Virus record (IMG/VR): IMGVR_UViG_3300009124_000004
Source of the DNA: a virus
Strand: one strand, 5' to 3'
DNA: 64,000 bases
Below the pieces are notes generated by a model. The model made no database searches, was not told the origin of the DNA, and saw only the letters and a list, made by a program, of their open reading frames with translations. Numbering within the stretch: the stretch's first letter is position 1; each line of letters starts with the position of its first letter. This document shows positions 43,912 through 54,258 of this stretch, one piece after another. The position numbers were made by a program, and so were the translations under genes.

Positions 43912-44155
43912 GAGTGTCCATGTCGCTACCATGACGTGCCATCTGCTCGACCTCCTGACGGATCTCCTGTTGCAGTTGCAGTGGTGGTGGTGCCGATTCG
44001 GCATCGGTCTTGATTTGGTTGACTACCTCCAGTCCCCCTTTGATACGAGCACGAAAATCCTTGAGTTTCTCCATTTCCTCCTCTTTCTCAACGATGTCAG
44101 CATTGACTGCTTTGAGTTGGTTGTGAAGGTTGTCGATGTACTTTTGAAAGTCCAT
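43907..44155 (-). CDS. Coiled-coil hypothetical protein (82 aa)
   Basis: YIDNLHNQLKAV...LKDFRARIKGGLEVV heptads. Confidence 0.7.
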   Translation of the reverse strand: MDFQKYIDNLHNQLKAVNADIVEKEEEMEKLKDFRARIKGGLEVVNQIKTDAESAPPPLQLQQEIRQEVEQMARHGSDMDTL

Positions 44156-44193
44156 ATAAATACGAGATTGACTTAGGCACTATACCATAAATA
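44155..44193 (+). promoter_or_regulatory. Two tandem T4-type late promoters (TATAAATA 44155-44162; CATAAATA 44186-44193)
   Basis: Both face the 44219 ATG. Confidence 0.72.
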
Positions 44194-44218
44194 AAAAGAA
44201 AAGGCAACCCCGTTACTC

Positions 44219-47200
44219 ATGGCTCAGAAGCAGTTTAATAGATTCGGATTGAGAAGGGACTTGAATCTGTCTGATTTGCCCTCAGCAACAGCAGCATTAA
44301 ATAATATTCTGGCAAATCCAACGATGCTTGGTAGTGAGGCATCGTTTACTACAGAAGATCTGGAACCTATTCAAGGAATCTATATTACAAATATTACTGC
44401 ATCCACATTTAATAGTTTGGATGGTGTTACTGTAGCATTTACTATTATTGAAAATGGTATTGTAGACAACAGTTCAAACCCCAAAGTATACAGACCTCTG
44501 ATCAAGATCAAGAATAGATTAGATGCTGCATACTTTTCCACAGGTGAACCATTCTTCTTCGGTGGTGATGGTCCTAATGCTACTTATTATGATGATGCCA
44601 ACATCGTAAGAGATGCTCCTGCTTACAGTAGTGCTACAGATACAGCAGGTGATTATAAAGTTGGTGACATCGTATCATATTCTTCATCACTTTGGCGTAG
44701 AGTCCAAGTAACACAAACTAGTATTCCAAGTAATACTAGTGAAGAATGGTTCTATGTTGCTCCATATACTGATCTATTCTTTGATGATGAGATTGACTCT
44801 GATGGTAATGTGACAACATTGACTGATAACTTCTGGGAAAGAGGTCAATTTGTATACAGTGACAAGTTACAGTCATCATTCCTCTCACTCTTTGGTGGTA
44901 CTAATTGGCAGGGATTCTATAAACCAACAGTATCAGGTACAACAACATTCCTGGTGAATACTACAGGTAGCACTATCTTTAAATTTCAGGAACCTGCATC
45001 TCAGTCATTCCAGGCAGTAAGATATGGTGCTCCATCATCTACAGTGTTCAATTATTTTAATACTGCTACACCCATCAATGAGGGGTCAACAAACTATAAA
45101 CAAAGTCAAGTTACTGAATTACTCACCATTTACAATGATCCTACCAGACAATTGGTTGAGGTAGAACTTGAAGATGCTATGAATATTAAGCATGGTGATT
45201 TGGTCTATCTTGACGTAGAAGAAGGTCAAGTTCCTGCACAGAGATATAGAGTTCTTACATTCTTTGATTATGATGATGTGCAAGAGATTCCAACATTTTA
45301 TATTGAGGTTACTGAAGAATTTAATAAATTAAACCTCGACTCATCAACATTGCCCGATGCAATTGGTGGATATTCTCTATCATTGAGTGATGGTTTATTT
45401 AGTCAAAATTCCAATCTTACTGTTCAAGGACTGAAAGCAGTAGTAAGATATACTCCATATGATAGAAAGAATCTCAAGACATATCTTAATTCATATAGAC
45501 ACAGAACTGACATTGATTTGAGTGCAGGTAATGCTATCACTAGTGCTACTACATTTACAGTTTCTGATAGTGTATACCAAAACATCATGATCAATGATTT
45601 CATCTATGATTACAGAATTGCAGATGATGATGTTGATCCTGCTAATACAACTGATGAAGAGTTTGAAGATGAACAAGGTGTAAGAAGATATATTGTTACT
45701 GCTTGCTCATCTTCTGGTGGTGTTAATACTATCACTGTAGAAATTGACGATAGTTACACAGAGTTTGATGATGCGTATAATAATGATCAACAATATTATT
45801 TCAGATACGATAACACTACTTCAGAGTATAGTATTCAGGCACAAAATGAATTAGATAATATTAAAATTGAAAATACGTATACCACTGGTAGTTTAAATCA
45901 TACTTTGTATAGTGGTAATACATTCAATAAACTCCTTCATGTAGCACGCATGGGTGAACTGACTACTAGACAGAGATATATTACTATCGAACAATATCTC
46001 GATCGTTACGTAGATTATATCTTTGACTGGACATTCTTCATGAAAGATGAAGATGTAGATCCAAACAGCACAAATAAAGCATGGATTCTAAGACAAAGAA
46101 CAGAAACCTCTGGTGGTTATGGTCTGGTATCATACAAATATTTGTATGAAAAGAACTATGAGTTTTATCAAATTGGTGATTTCAAAACATTCTTAGATAA
46201 CTCAGTTCTTTCTGGTGGTACAAGTAGAGAGGATGGTGTAGATCAAAGAGCATTTGGTAAGAAGCAATTAATTACTGCTGGCGACCAATACAATACATTA
46301 TACTCACTGCTTCCTATTAAATCCATTTATACACCACAAGAAAATTGGAATAGTGTGGCATTGTCAAGAACAGGAAGTATTTCTAGCGATTCTAGATTAC
46401 TTTCTCTCAACAATGCTACAGATGTTCAAGTTGGCAATTATGTTGTTAGAGACACTTCTAATGGATTCTTAAGTGGTGAGGGAATAGATTATGGTACAAG
46501 AATTATTGATGTTCTTCCCGAAAGTAATTCAGTTGTATTGAATAAAGAGGCGATTACTCCGTTTAGTAATCAAAACCTTTGGATTCTTAATCATAGAGGA
46601 TTTGTTGCCACTGGTACTTTGACCTGGGATGGTACTCGTCATTATCTACAAATGGATTCAAGAAGAGTTGGTGATATTAAATCTGGACAAATTCTTGTCT
46701 TTAAAGATTCACCATCAACTCAAACATATGTAAGAATCACAAGAGTAGATCTTGAACCTAATGATGATACTATAGTTTATGTTAATATTGACAGTCAAAA
46801 TCCATACCCAACATCAAATGGTGGGTCAGTAGCAGTATATAATGATAAAGGTATTGATATTACTAAACCATTGCAGACATTCTGTGTTGGTACTGCATGT
46901 GCTCAAAATAATTATCAGGGTGATGGAATCAATAAGACAAAATATATTGCATTTAGGATCTTTAATGGGGATGCAATCTCTGGTATTGACATTAGATGGA
47001 CAGAGAGTTCATTAACATCTGGTTATGGAAATGCTACAGTAACTCCTGGGACCAATTCCAACCCAAGTCGTGCAGTATTTACCCCAACAGGAAATACTAT
47101 CAACAGTTCATTTAGTAATTGGGGAACTGGTCCATCTGTAGCATGGTGGACAGATGCAGATACAGGATTTAGTTATCCAAACCAAGCAACAAGAGTTGGC

Positions 47201-48475
47201 AGTGTATCTAATCCATCAGGAAGAAAACGTTATGGTGGTGCTCAAATTTATGCTAATATTTCTGGTAGTAATTTAGAAGCAGCAATTAACGAGAAGTTAG
47301 GTCCAGGTAATACTTTCCCATATAATAGTTTAATACCTCTTGGTATTTTTGAAGGTATTATTAGAGTAGATGGTGATATTTGGAGTAACACTGCAATTTC
47401 AGGATCTGAGAGATATTATGGAATTTTACGTTTGACTACCGATTTATCATCTGTACCTCAACCAGATAATGGGTACAATCCATTATGGCAGGATGGAACT
47501 CTATCAAGTGATGGACAAACTCAACTTCCAATTAAAATTGATTTTAGTGAATTTCCATCGAGTGCGTTTAATATCACTAAATGGGCGATTCCACCAGCAC
47601 AGGACAATATGCTCCCATATGGCGGAACAGTTTCTTCTGCAAGTAATATTCAAAATGTATATACAAACTATAATAATAGTATTATTGCAAATTCAGATAG
47701 ACAATGGAGAGCAACCACTGATATTACGTTGACACAATCTCAAGCACAAACTTGGTTCTTTAATTCAACCTCGTTGGCACAAGATGATGGAAATGGTAAC
47801 ATTACTTATGTAATGAAGGCAGATACATGGTTTAAAACTTATAGCACTACTGGAAAACTTCTATACTTTGATACATTTGAATCAGTAATTGATACTGAAA
47901 CATTCTTTACATATAGACCATCCTCTTTGACTATTAATGATTCCACTTTTAATGATGATCCAGAATTGATTAACTTGTTTAATAATGATGGTCCGACTAA
48001 AATTACATCAAATACTTATAATGATCAATTCCAGTTTATGCATTATAGGAATAAAATCTATCAAATTATTCCCACATCAACAGATGTTGAAAAGTTGTTC
48101 CCTGGAATTAGAATGATTGATCCTAATCCACAAACAACTGGAGTATTAAACCATCTGGAAAATACTACCAATGCATTATCGGTATATACATTTGCAAACA
48201 CAACAGAGAATAAAGAACTCTGTTGCCCACCACTTGACACATCACCACCATTTGATAGTTCTGAAATTGGTTTATCCACAACCATTTTAAATCCTGATTT
48301 CCACGTTGATGGATTAGTCAATGTCAGAAGTTTGTCTGCAAATCACCCTGAAGACAAAATTCATGCAATTCCTTCTAACATTAACAATACACAATTGCCT
48401 GTTAATGAGAAGTTAGAAATTGTATTTGGTGGTGTTAAGTATGATATGCTAATCGGTAACAGTAAACCTTTCTAA
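44219..48475 (+). CDS. Large virion/fibre-associated structural protein (1418 aa)
   Basis: N-terminal FGLRRDLNLSDL...ALNNIL; FFFGGDGP; CBM-like YKVGDIVSYSSSLWR; possible split PA14-like segment; C-terminal ELCCPPLDT and KLEI..GG.KY module. Confidence 0.85.
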   Translation: MAQKQFNRFGLRRDLNLSDLPSATAALNNILANPTMLGSEASFTTEDLEPIQGIYITNITASTFNSLDGVTVAFTIIENGIVDNSSNPKVYRPLIKIKNRLDAAYFSTGEPFFFGGDGPNATYYDDANIVRDAPAYSSATDTAGDYKVGDIVSYSSSLWRRVQVTQTSIPSNTSEEWFYVAPYTDLFFDDEIDSDGNVTTLTDNFWERGQFVYSDKLQSSFLSLFGGTNWQGFYKPTVSGTTTFLVNTTGSTIFKFQEPASQSFQAVRYGAPSSTVFNYFNTATPINEGSTNYKQSQVTELLTIYNDPTRQLVEVELEDAMNIKHGDLVYLDVEEGQVPAQRYRVLTFFDYDDVQEIPTFYIEVTEEFNKLNLDSSTLPDAIGGYSLSLSDGLFSQNSNLTVQGLKAVVRYTPYDRKNLKTYLNSYRHRTDIDLSAGNAITSATTFTVSDSVYQNIMINDFIYDYRIADDDVDPANTTDEEFEDEQGVRRYIVTACSSSGGVNTITVEIDDSYTEFDDAYNNDQQYYFRYDNTTSEYSIQAQNELDNIKIENTYTTGSLNHTLYSGNTFNKLLHVARMGELTTRQRYITIEQYLDRYVDYIFDWTFFMKDEDVDPNSTNKAWILRQRTETSGGYGLVSYKYLYEKNYEFYQIGDFKTFLDNSVLSGGTSREDGVDQRAFGKKQLITAGDQYNTLYSLLPIKSIYTPQENWNSVALSRTGSISSDSRLLSLNNATDVQVGNYVVRDTSNGFLSGEGIDYGTRIIDVLPESNSVVLNKEAITPFSNQNLWILNHRGFVATGTLTWDGTRHYLQMDSRRVGDIKSGQILVFKDSPSTQTYVRITRVDLEPNDDTIVYVNIDSQNPYPTSNGGSVAVYNDKGIDITKPLQTFCVGTACAQNNYQGDGINKTKYIAFRIFNGDAISGIDIRWTESSLTSGYGNATVTPGTNSNPSRAVFTPTGNTINSSFSNWGTGPSVAWWTDADTGFSYPNQATRVGSVSNPSGRKRYGGAQIYANISGSNLEAAINEKLGPGNTFPYNSLIPLGIFEGIIRVDGDIWSNTAISGSERYYGILRLTTDLSSVPQPDNGYNPLWQDGTLSSDGQTQLPIKIDFSEFPSSAFNITKWAIPPAQDNMLPYGGTVSSASNIQNVYTNYNNSIIANSDRQWRATTDITLTQSQAQTWFFNSTSLAQDDGNGNITYVMKADTWFKTYSTTGKLLYFDTFESVIDTETFFTYRPSSLTINDSTFNDDPELINLFNNDGPTKITSNTYNDQFQFMHYRNKIYQIIPTSTDVEKLFPGIRMIDPNPQTTGVLNHLENTTNALSVYTFANTTENKELCCPPLDTSPPFDSSEIGLSTTILNPDFHVDGLVNVRSLSANHPEDKIHAIPSNINNTQLPVNEKLEIVFGGVKYDMLIGNSKPF

Positions 48476-50859
48476 GATTTACGCATAATAATAAAGTATT
48501 CTTCTCCATTGATTAACATCTTGAGTTTGAATGACTGACTATTTGAAACTGTAGTAGTATTAAAGTTATCATCCAGAGTTTCAGATAGTCCACTGTGTGC
48601 AAGATATGTACCAACATCTAATTTAATCTCTGATGTCCATACCAAATCATTAATGTTTACTGCTAATGATGTGGTGGATAATGCATTTGCTACTGCATTA
48701 TCTTTCCATGGGTTGTAATCACTAGAGAATGATCTTGTTTTATTAGCAAAGTCAGATGCTAATGGATTAGTAATTTGTGATGCAGAAGATGAAATATAGA
48801 TGCCTGGTGAGATATCATCCGTCAAAACTGTAGCACTAAGGTTATATCCGTCAGGGTCAAATGATGACATGAACCCATTAACAACAATTTCCTTCAAATA
48901 ATACAAATTTCTATCAATTCTATACTTGGTAGATCTCAGATAGATCGATTCGTCTACATTGTTGATAACATTCTCTAACTCTTCAGAGTAACCATCAATA
49001 TTATATGAGAATGATCCTTCTGTACCAACAAAATCATTTTGACCATCATCAACAATAACAGGTGACTCTAAGTTCTCAATATTTTCAGTTGTTAAAGAGT
49101 CATCTCTTTGTAAAATAATATCTGGTATTAATGTTGTTACATCAACATTTTGTCCATTATACGTAGAGTTGGAATCAGATATTTGATATAATTCAGAAAA
49201 CGTAACAATATTTTTCGCAGTTTCACTAACACTTCTTGGATTAGTTCTTAAAAAGAAGTTATTAGATGAGTTTGAATCATATACACCATATTCACTTGCT
49301 GAGTTAAATACTGGAGCAGCATTGATTGGTGTGAGTGCTGGAGCACTGCCAAATGACACTCCCACAGTTCTTCCACTACCAGGAGTAACAATAGTAACAT
49401 AGTATATGATATTTTGATTTGTATCAGTGACACTAAACTTGTCAACAATTCTATAATTATATGTTGAGTTAAAAGCACCTACCTGTACATTATTAATCCA
49501 ATCAGATTGTGAAGTAGTACATGTCTGCTGAGATCCATACTCAATAAAATTATCAAATGCATTTACCTTGCTATTGCTATCAAGATAATGTAATGAGAAA
49601 TATGGTCTTTCATACTCTTCAACTAAACCTGCAGGTACAGTATACTGTGGATCTCTTTCTGCTAAGAAATCAATGGCAATGGCATGTTTTGTAGTTGATG
49701 TTGTTGCGGTTGGTGTCTGTGATACTAAAATAGACGCATTAGGAAATGTGTAATTTCCACCAGAGACATAAGATGAGAAGTAACCAGTGATTCGATTTAA
49801 TATCCCTAAACTGGTGTTTGTATATACATTAAATCCAGTTCCATCTACATCCCACAATGATGGATCTAATCCTTCAAGATAAGTAAAAATTCTTGTTGTA
49901 TTATTTCTAATCGCACCTGAAGGTAATGTATTACTGTTCAACCAAGTATTAATTGCAGATTCACCACTATCACCAGCAATTTTTGCACTTGACCATACCC
50001 CAAACAATTCCACATCAGTGCTTGTGAATGTACCATCACCATCAATATCATACAACTCTAAATTGTTAGCAATCTTAGTATCAGCATAGATCTTTCTATT
50101 AATGTCATATGCTGGACTACTACTATTATTTGGGAGATGCCATGCATTAACACCAGTGTCTGGAATTCTAATATTATAATCACCATCCAATGATGCACTA
50201 GTATTAACGATTTTAACAGATAGTTGCTTATTGCTAAGATTGGAGATATCCCATGCGAAATTGCCAACAATAGTGACTTTCCAAGGATTGGCAATAATTC
50301 TAACGTTAAATCCTACACCATTACCTGGAATAGCTGCAGCAAATGTATCACCTAGAGCGTATCCACTGCCACTGTTCGTAATCTCAACAGATGATACAGA
50401 ACCATTTTGATCTACAATAATCTCTGCTGTCGCATTCTGACCTGTGCCACCTTGTAAGTTTAAATTATATGTTCCTGGAGTATATCCCTCTCCCCTATCA
50501 TATGCAATGTAATTACCTGATAAATTATTAACTAAGGCACCATCACCATCAAATCCAATAAATGATGCTGCAATATCTTTAATGAGATTAATAGGTGTTA
50601 CTGATACTGTATCCTCATCAGTATATGTGTAGTCAGTTTGCCATTGAAACTGAGTTGCTTGGGTAAGTGTTGACGGTGACTTCTCAACAGATACCGTATT
50701 GTAAAATCTATCCCAAAACAGTTGAGATCTCTTGGATGATAATCCAGCAAACAATCTCATGTCAGCATCAACTGTACCTCCAGCAAGGTTCTGAATAAGT
50801 TCAGCACCGTCTGGTACTTCAAGTAAGTTTTGTGCTTGTACAAATCCTTGATTAGCCAT
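48472..50859 (-). CDS. Virion/fibre-associated structural protein (795 aa)
   Basis: GFV.AQNLLE N-terminus; GEGYTPGTY..L.GGTG.NATA.I.V repeat; EF-hand-like DIDGDGTFTSTD; C-terminal KLKMLINGEEYFI. Confidence 0.8.
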   Translation of the reverse strand: MANQGFVQAQNLLEVPDGAELIQNLAGGTVDADMRLFAGLSSKRSQLFWDRFYNTVSVEKSPSTLTQATQFQWQTDYTYTDEDTVSVTPINLIKDIAASFIGFDGDGALVNNLSGNYIAYDRGEGYTPGTYNLNLQGGTGQNATAEIIVDQNGSVSSVEITNSGSGYALGDTFAAAIPGNGVGFNVRIIANPWKVTIVGNFAWDISNLSNKQLSVKIVNTSASLDGDYNIRIPDTGVNAWHLPNNSSSPAYDINRKIYADTKIANNLELYDIDGDGTFTSTDVELFGVWSSAKIAGDSGESAINTWLNSNTLPSGAIRNNTTRIFTYLEGLDPSLWDVDGTGFNVYTNTSLGILNRITGYFSSYVSGGNYTFPNASILVSQTPTATTSTTKHAIAIDFLAERDPQYTVPAGLVEEYERPYFSLHYLDSNSKVNAFDNFIEYGSQQTCTTSQSDWINNVQVGAFNSTYNYRIVDKFSVTDTNQNIIYYVTIVTPGSGRTVGVSFGSAPALTPINAAPVFNSASEYGVYDSNSSNNFFLRTNPRSVSETAKNIVTFSELYQISDSNSTYNGQNVDVTTLIPDIILQRDDSLTTENIENLESPVIVDDGQNDFVGTEGSFSYNIDGYSEELENVINNVDESIYLRSTKYRIDRNLYYLKEIVVNGFMSSFDPDGYNLSATVLTDDISPGIYISSSASQITNPLASDFANKTRSFSSDYNPWKDNAVANALSTTSLAVNINDLVWTSEIKLDVGTYLAHSGLSETLDDNFNTTTVSNSQSFKLKMLINGEEYFIIMRKS

Positions 50860-53800
50860 TTATGCGGTCCTTACAATCCAACCTAAGTTTCTTAATTGTT
50901 GAGCAGTTACGACACCACCTTCAATTGATGTCTCAAATCCTTTTTCAACTGTGGTTACAGTAATTTCAATCGTTGCCCCATCGGGAGGGAAACTTGCTCC
51001 CGTATATGAGAATGAATCATTAGCATAATCAATATTCAATAAACTAGTTATATCAACTCCGTCTTGCTTAATTGCAGTGCTATAAGAGAAATTAGCATTA
51101 CCAGGATCTTGACCATCTTTAATATCAATAGTAAAATCTTGTGGATTGAAGAAAGTTTGCTGTGGATTTAGTGGATCAGTTTGTGATACCGCAAAAGATT
51201 CAATTTGAGTCGTTGTGGTGGTTGTCGGAGTACTGATTGTTACACTAGATGGAGCAGAATTGCCTTGCAAATTAACTACAACTCCAGTTCTTGGTGCATT
51301 ATTGTAATTATCAACCATTTCAAGAAGAATATCATCAACGGTTGACTGATTTAAACCATTATTTGATAAATCAAGAGATCTTAATCTAGTACATTGAGCA
51401 AACAATCCTGGAGTAAATGGTGCAGAAGGTGATGGACTTCCGTAGAGGTTATTAGCAAATGAAATGTATTGGATATTTGGAGCAACAACACTAAAATTGG
51501 GGAATTGCCCCGTCATTTGATTGTTTGATACAATGAAATATTGAAGAGCACCTAGTCCTGAGAAGTTATTAAGATCAATACCTTGAATAATATTACTATT
51601 GACGTAGAATCTTTGTAGTTTTGATGTTCCACTCAAAACAATATTTCCACTAAAATTATTACCACTTAGATTAACTTCAATTAAATTTGGATTACTACCA
51701 AATGAAGGAATGGGAGCACCGCCAGCAATATCAAGACCCCAACCACTAGATGGAGAATACAAGTATTTTAAATTAGGTGCTCCACCAGTATTAAAGAATG
51801 TACCTCTCAGTAACTTGTTAGTGCTAACAATTTCAATTGTTTCTAGCAATGGGAGATTAAATGTTGCCCCCTGGAATCCTGCTTCTGTATATGCCTGAGT
51901 AGAAGGATTGTAGATACCAATGTTTCTACCCAATTCACCACTTCTGATTCTAATCGCCCTAAGTGACTGTGCATCTTCAAAGGTATCGTCCCACATTACA
52001 TATCTTCTACCAGAAAGAGAAGAACTAGCATCTTTTGGTCTTCCTCCCTCAATGCTAGTGTATCTAAAATCAATACTGGTTAAAGATGAGTTACCAATAA
52101 ACTTAGGAATCATTCCATCTAATCTAGATGCATAAAATGATAATGAAGACAGATTAGAACATCCTGATAATGCATATTCAGATTCTTGTGTTGGCCATTT
52201 ATTGTTAAATAAATGATTTGTTCTTCCACTTGGATTGCCGTCACCATTTGCATTTACATAACCACCACTTGGATGGGAAATACTATATGCCGTTGGATTT
52301 GATGTACTTCTACCTGGAAATCTAGTGTAACTACAAGTCAGAGATCTTAACGATGAGTTGCCAGCAAGATTAGATGGAATCGGTAAAGCAGTATCAACAA
52401 TATTGATACTGTTAATTTGAGTCATTTTACCAAAATCAACACTATCTGCTGATTCACTTAACCCTTCGTTATCACCTACAGTAAATGATGTTAGTGTGCT
52501 AGAACCATTAATATATGTTGAAGGATTTACAAAGATATCAGATAACTTAGTATAGTTATTATCATAAATGTCATATGTTCTAATTGTCTCCAAATCAACT
52601 GTTGGTGAATATTCTTGAGATGTCTGATAAGAGACATTTGCTAAAGTTCCACTTGGAACTGGACCTCTAGTATTCGTATTTTTATAAATTCTTCTACCAG
52701 CAGAATTCCTCATGTAGAGTGTTTGAAGATTGGGGCATCTAGTTGCCAGATTTAGTGGGAGGAAATAATTTTTATACAAAACAAAAGAACTCTGCACCAA
52801 TTGCTGCCAATCTGCTTCACTTGAAACCTCACTACTTAACCAACTAGAATTATCAGTCAATTTTGGTTCCTTAATGTATACCATGTATGCACCCGTAATG
52901 GGGTGAACCTGCTTGTCCCAATAATATCCTTCAATGTTGGTTGTAACAGTAGAACCACCGCTTGTTAGTACTTGAGAGAAGTCATAATCTTGCTTAGTTG
53001 TTGGATCAACGGCAATCGAAAGATATTCCTGTTGATGAGTTATCAATACACATGACTCATTCAAAGTTTTAAATGTTGTGTGTGCATTGTATGTACCAGA
53101 TGCATAAAACTCAGTAAGTTTTCTAGGTAATCTTTCTACAACATTAGTTCCAAACTGCTGCAGTTCTTCTTCATCAGTTTGATTTAGAGGATTATTTTGT
53201 ATGTTGATAATAGTTAAATTGGTCTCTGGAGCATTTGTTGGTGTAGTCCTATCGTATGCATAAGTAATCTCTCTCCAATCGGGCATCTCACCAATAAGAT
53301 TGTTTGTGATAGTAATATCTTGCAATTCAAAAAACTTAACTGCTGGTAGGTTACGAATGTTTAATGAATTTGCAGTAATGCCTACAATATTATTAGGTGG
53401 ATAGTATACTTTTACATATCTCTCTTTGTATGATGGTCCGTTATATCTTAATCTTGACGTTCCACCCGATACTGGTGGTGTGGATTGGATTTCAGATTCA
53501 GATCCATCAGTTGCTTGCAATGTGTAGATGGGATTACCACTAGGAATTGTGGTAAATCTGAAATCCATAGCAATGTTCTTAAATGCTGTGGTAAAGATAA
53601 TGGGAATACCACGCATAGCATAGATATATCTGGTATTACCATTCAATTCAATCTCCAGCACATCTGTAGCAACTTCAGTTGCAAATCGAATTGGTTCTGG
53701 AGTATCCAATACATTAATAACTGCTTCAGTGGGACCAGGACCACTCCAAGATCCTCTTTGTCCCACTTTAACAGTGCCTTTTACTTGAACAGATGCACCA

Positions 53801-54255
53801 TAAGAAATTGCTTGATCTGTATCAGTTTCATCAGAGGATGATCCACTCCAAGAACTAACCCTAGACGTAGAAATATCACCATACTTTAGATCTGCTTTTG
53901 TGAGTCCAGTGCCCTTATCATTGGGGATGTATTGATACCTCACAGCGCCCCCTGAGAGGGGTCCAAATGCCTCCAAATTACCCTGTAGGGTATACTGATA
54001 CCCCCCAAGTTCATTTACAATTCCAGAGTATAATCCAGTGTCACTTTTAAGTCGATCTAAGTACCTGGTTAGATTAACATCCAGTCCAGAAACATTCTGT
54101 AAATCGAGTTTATCAACACTCTCATTAATGCCACGAATTACATCTAAATCTCTGATGTCTAACCCCAAATTAGTTAAACATTGAAGTTTAGATTGAGCAT
54201 CAGAGAAGTTAAATGCAACCTTTAATCCAAAAAGGACTGGATTTCTAATCGACAT
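50860..54255 (-). CDS. Leucine-rich-repeat virion/fibre protein (1131 aa)
   Basis: Repeats LSSLSFYASRLDGMIPKF, LIEVNLSGNNFSGNI, LQYFIVSNNQMTGQFPNF, LRSLDLSNNGLN; fibre-type N-terminus FGL....NFSD...CL.NLG. Confidence 0.88.
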   Translation of the reverse strand: MSIRNPVLFGLKVAFNFSDAQSKLQCLTNLGLDIRDLDVIRGINESVDKLDLQNVSGLDVNLTRYLDRLKSDTGLYSGIVNELGGYQYTLQGNLEAFGPLSGGAVRYQYIPNDKGTGLTKADLKYGDISTSRVSSWSGSSSDETDTDQAISYGASVQVKGTVKVGQRGSWSGPGPTEAVINVLDTPEPIRFATEVATDVLEIELNGNTRYIYAMRGIPIIFTTAFKNIAMDFRFTTIPSGNPIYTLQATDGSESEIQSTPPVSGGTSRLRYNGPSYKERYVKVYYPPNNIVGITANSLNIRNLPAVKFFELQDITITNNLIGEMPDWREITYAYDRTTPTNAPETNLTIINIQNNPLNQTDEEELQQFGTNVVERLPRKLTEFYASGTYNAHTTFKTLNESCVLITHQQEYLSIAVDPTTKQDYDFSQVLTSGGSTVTTNIEGYYWDKQVHPITGAYMVYIKEPKLTDNSSWLSSEVSSEADWQQLVQSSFVLYKNYFLPLNLATRCPNLQTLYMRNSAGRRIYKNTNTRGPVPSGTLANVSYQTSQEYSPTVDLETIRTYDIYDNNYTKLSDIFVNPSTYINGSSTLTSFTVGDNEGLSESADSVDFGKMTQINSINIVDTALPIPSNLAGNSSLRSLTCSYTRFPGRSTSNPTAYSISHPSGGYVNANGDGNPSGRTNHLFNNKWPTQESEYALSGCSNLSSLSFYASRLDGMIPKFIGNSSLTSIDFRYTSIEGGRPKDASSSLSGRRYVMWDDTFEDAQSLRAIRIRSGELGRNIGIYNPSTQAYTEAGFQGATFNLPLLETIEIVSTNKLLRGTFFNTGGAPNLKYLYSPSSGWGLDIAGGAPIPSFGSNPNLIEVNLSGNNFSGNIVLSGTSKLQRFYVNSNIIQGIDLNNFSGLGALQYFIVSNNQMTGQFPNFSVVAPNIQYISFANNLYGSPSPSAPFTPGLFAQCTRLRSLDLSNNGLNQSTVDDILLEMVDNYNNAPRTGVVVNLQGNSAPSSVTISTPTTTTTTQIESFAVSQTDPLNPQQTFFNPQDFTIDIKDGQDPGNANFSYSTAIKQDGVDITSLLNIDYANDSFSYTGASFPPDGATIEITVTTVEKGFETSIEGGVVTAQQLRNLGWIVRTA

Positions 54256-54258
54256 ATC

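Noticed and set aside
44534-44542. Isolated TTTTCCACA inside the 1418-aa gene
   Set aside because: Single copy within coding sequence, consistent with chance.
44155-48475. Invertible segment controlled by a recombinase
   Set aside because: No inverted repeats seen at the gene ends; the resolvase-like part of 38217-38594 lacks the catalytic serine-recombinase domain.
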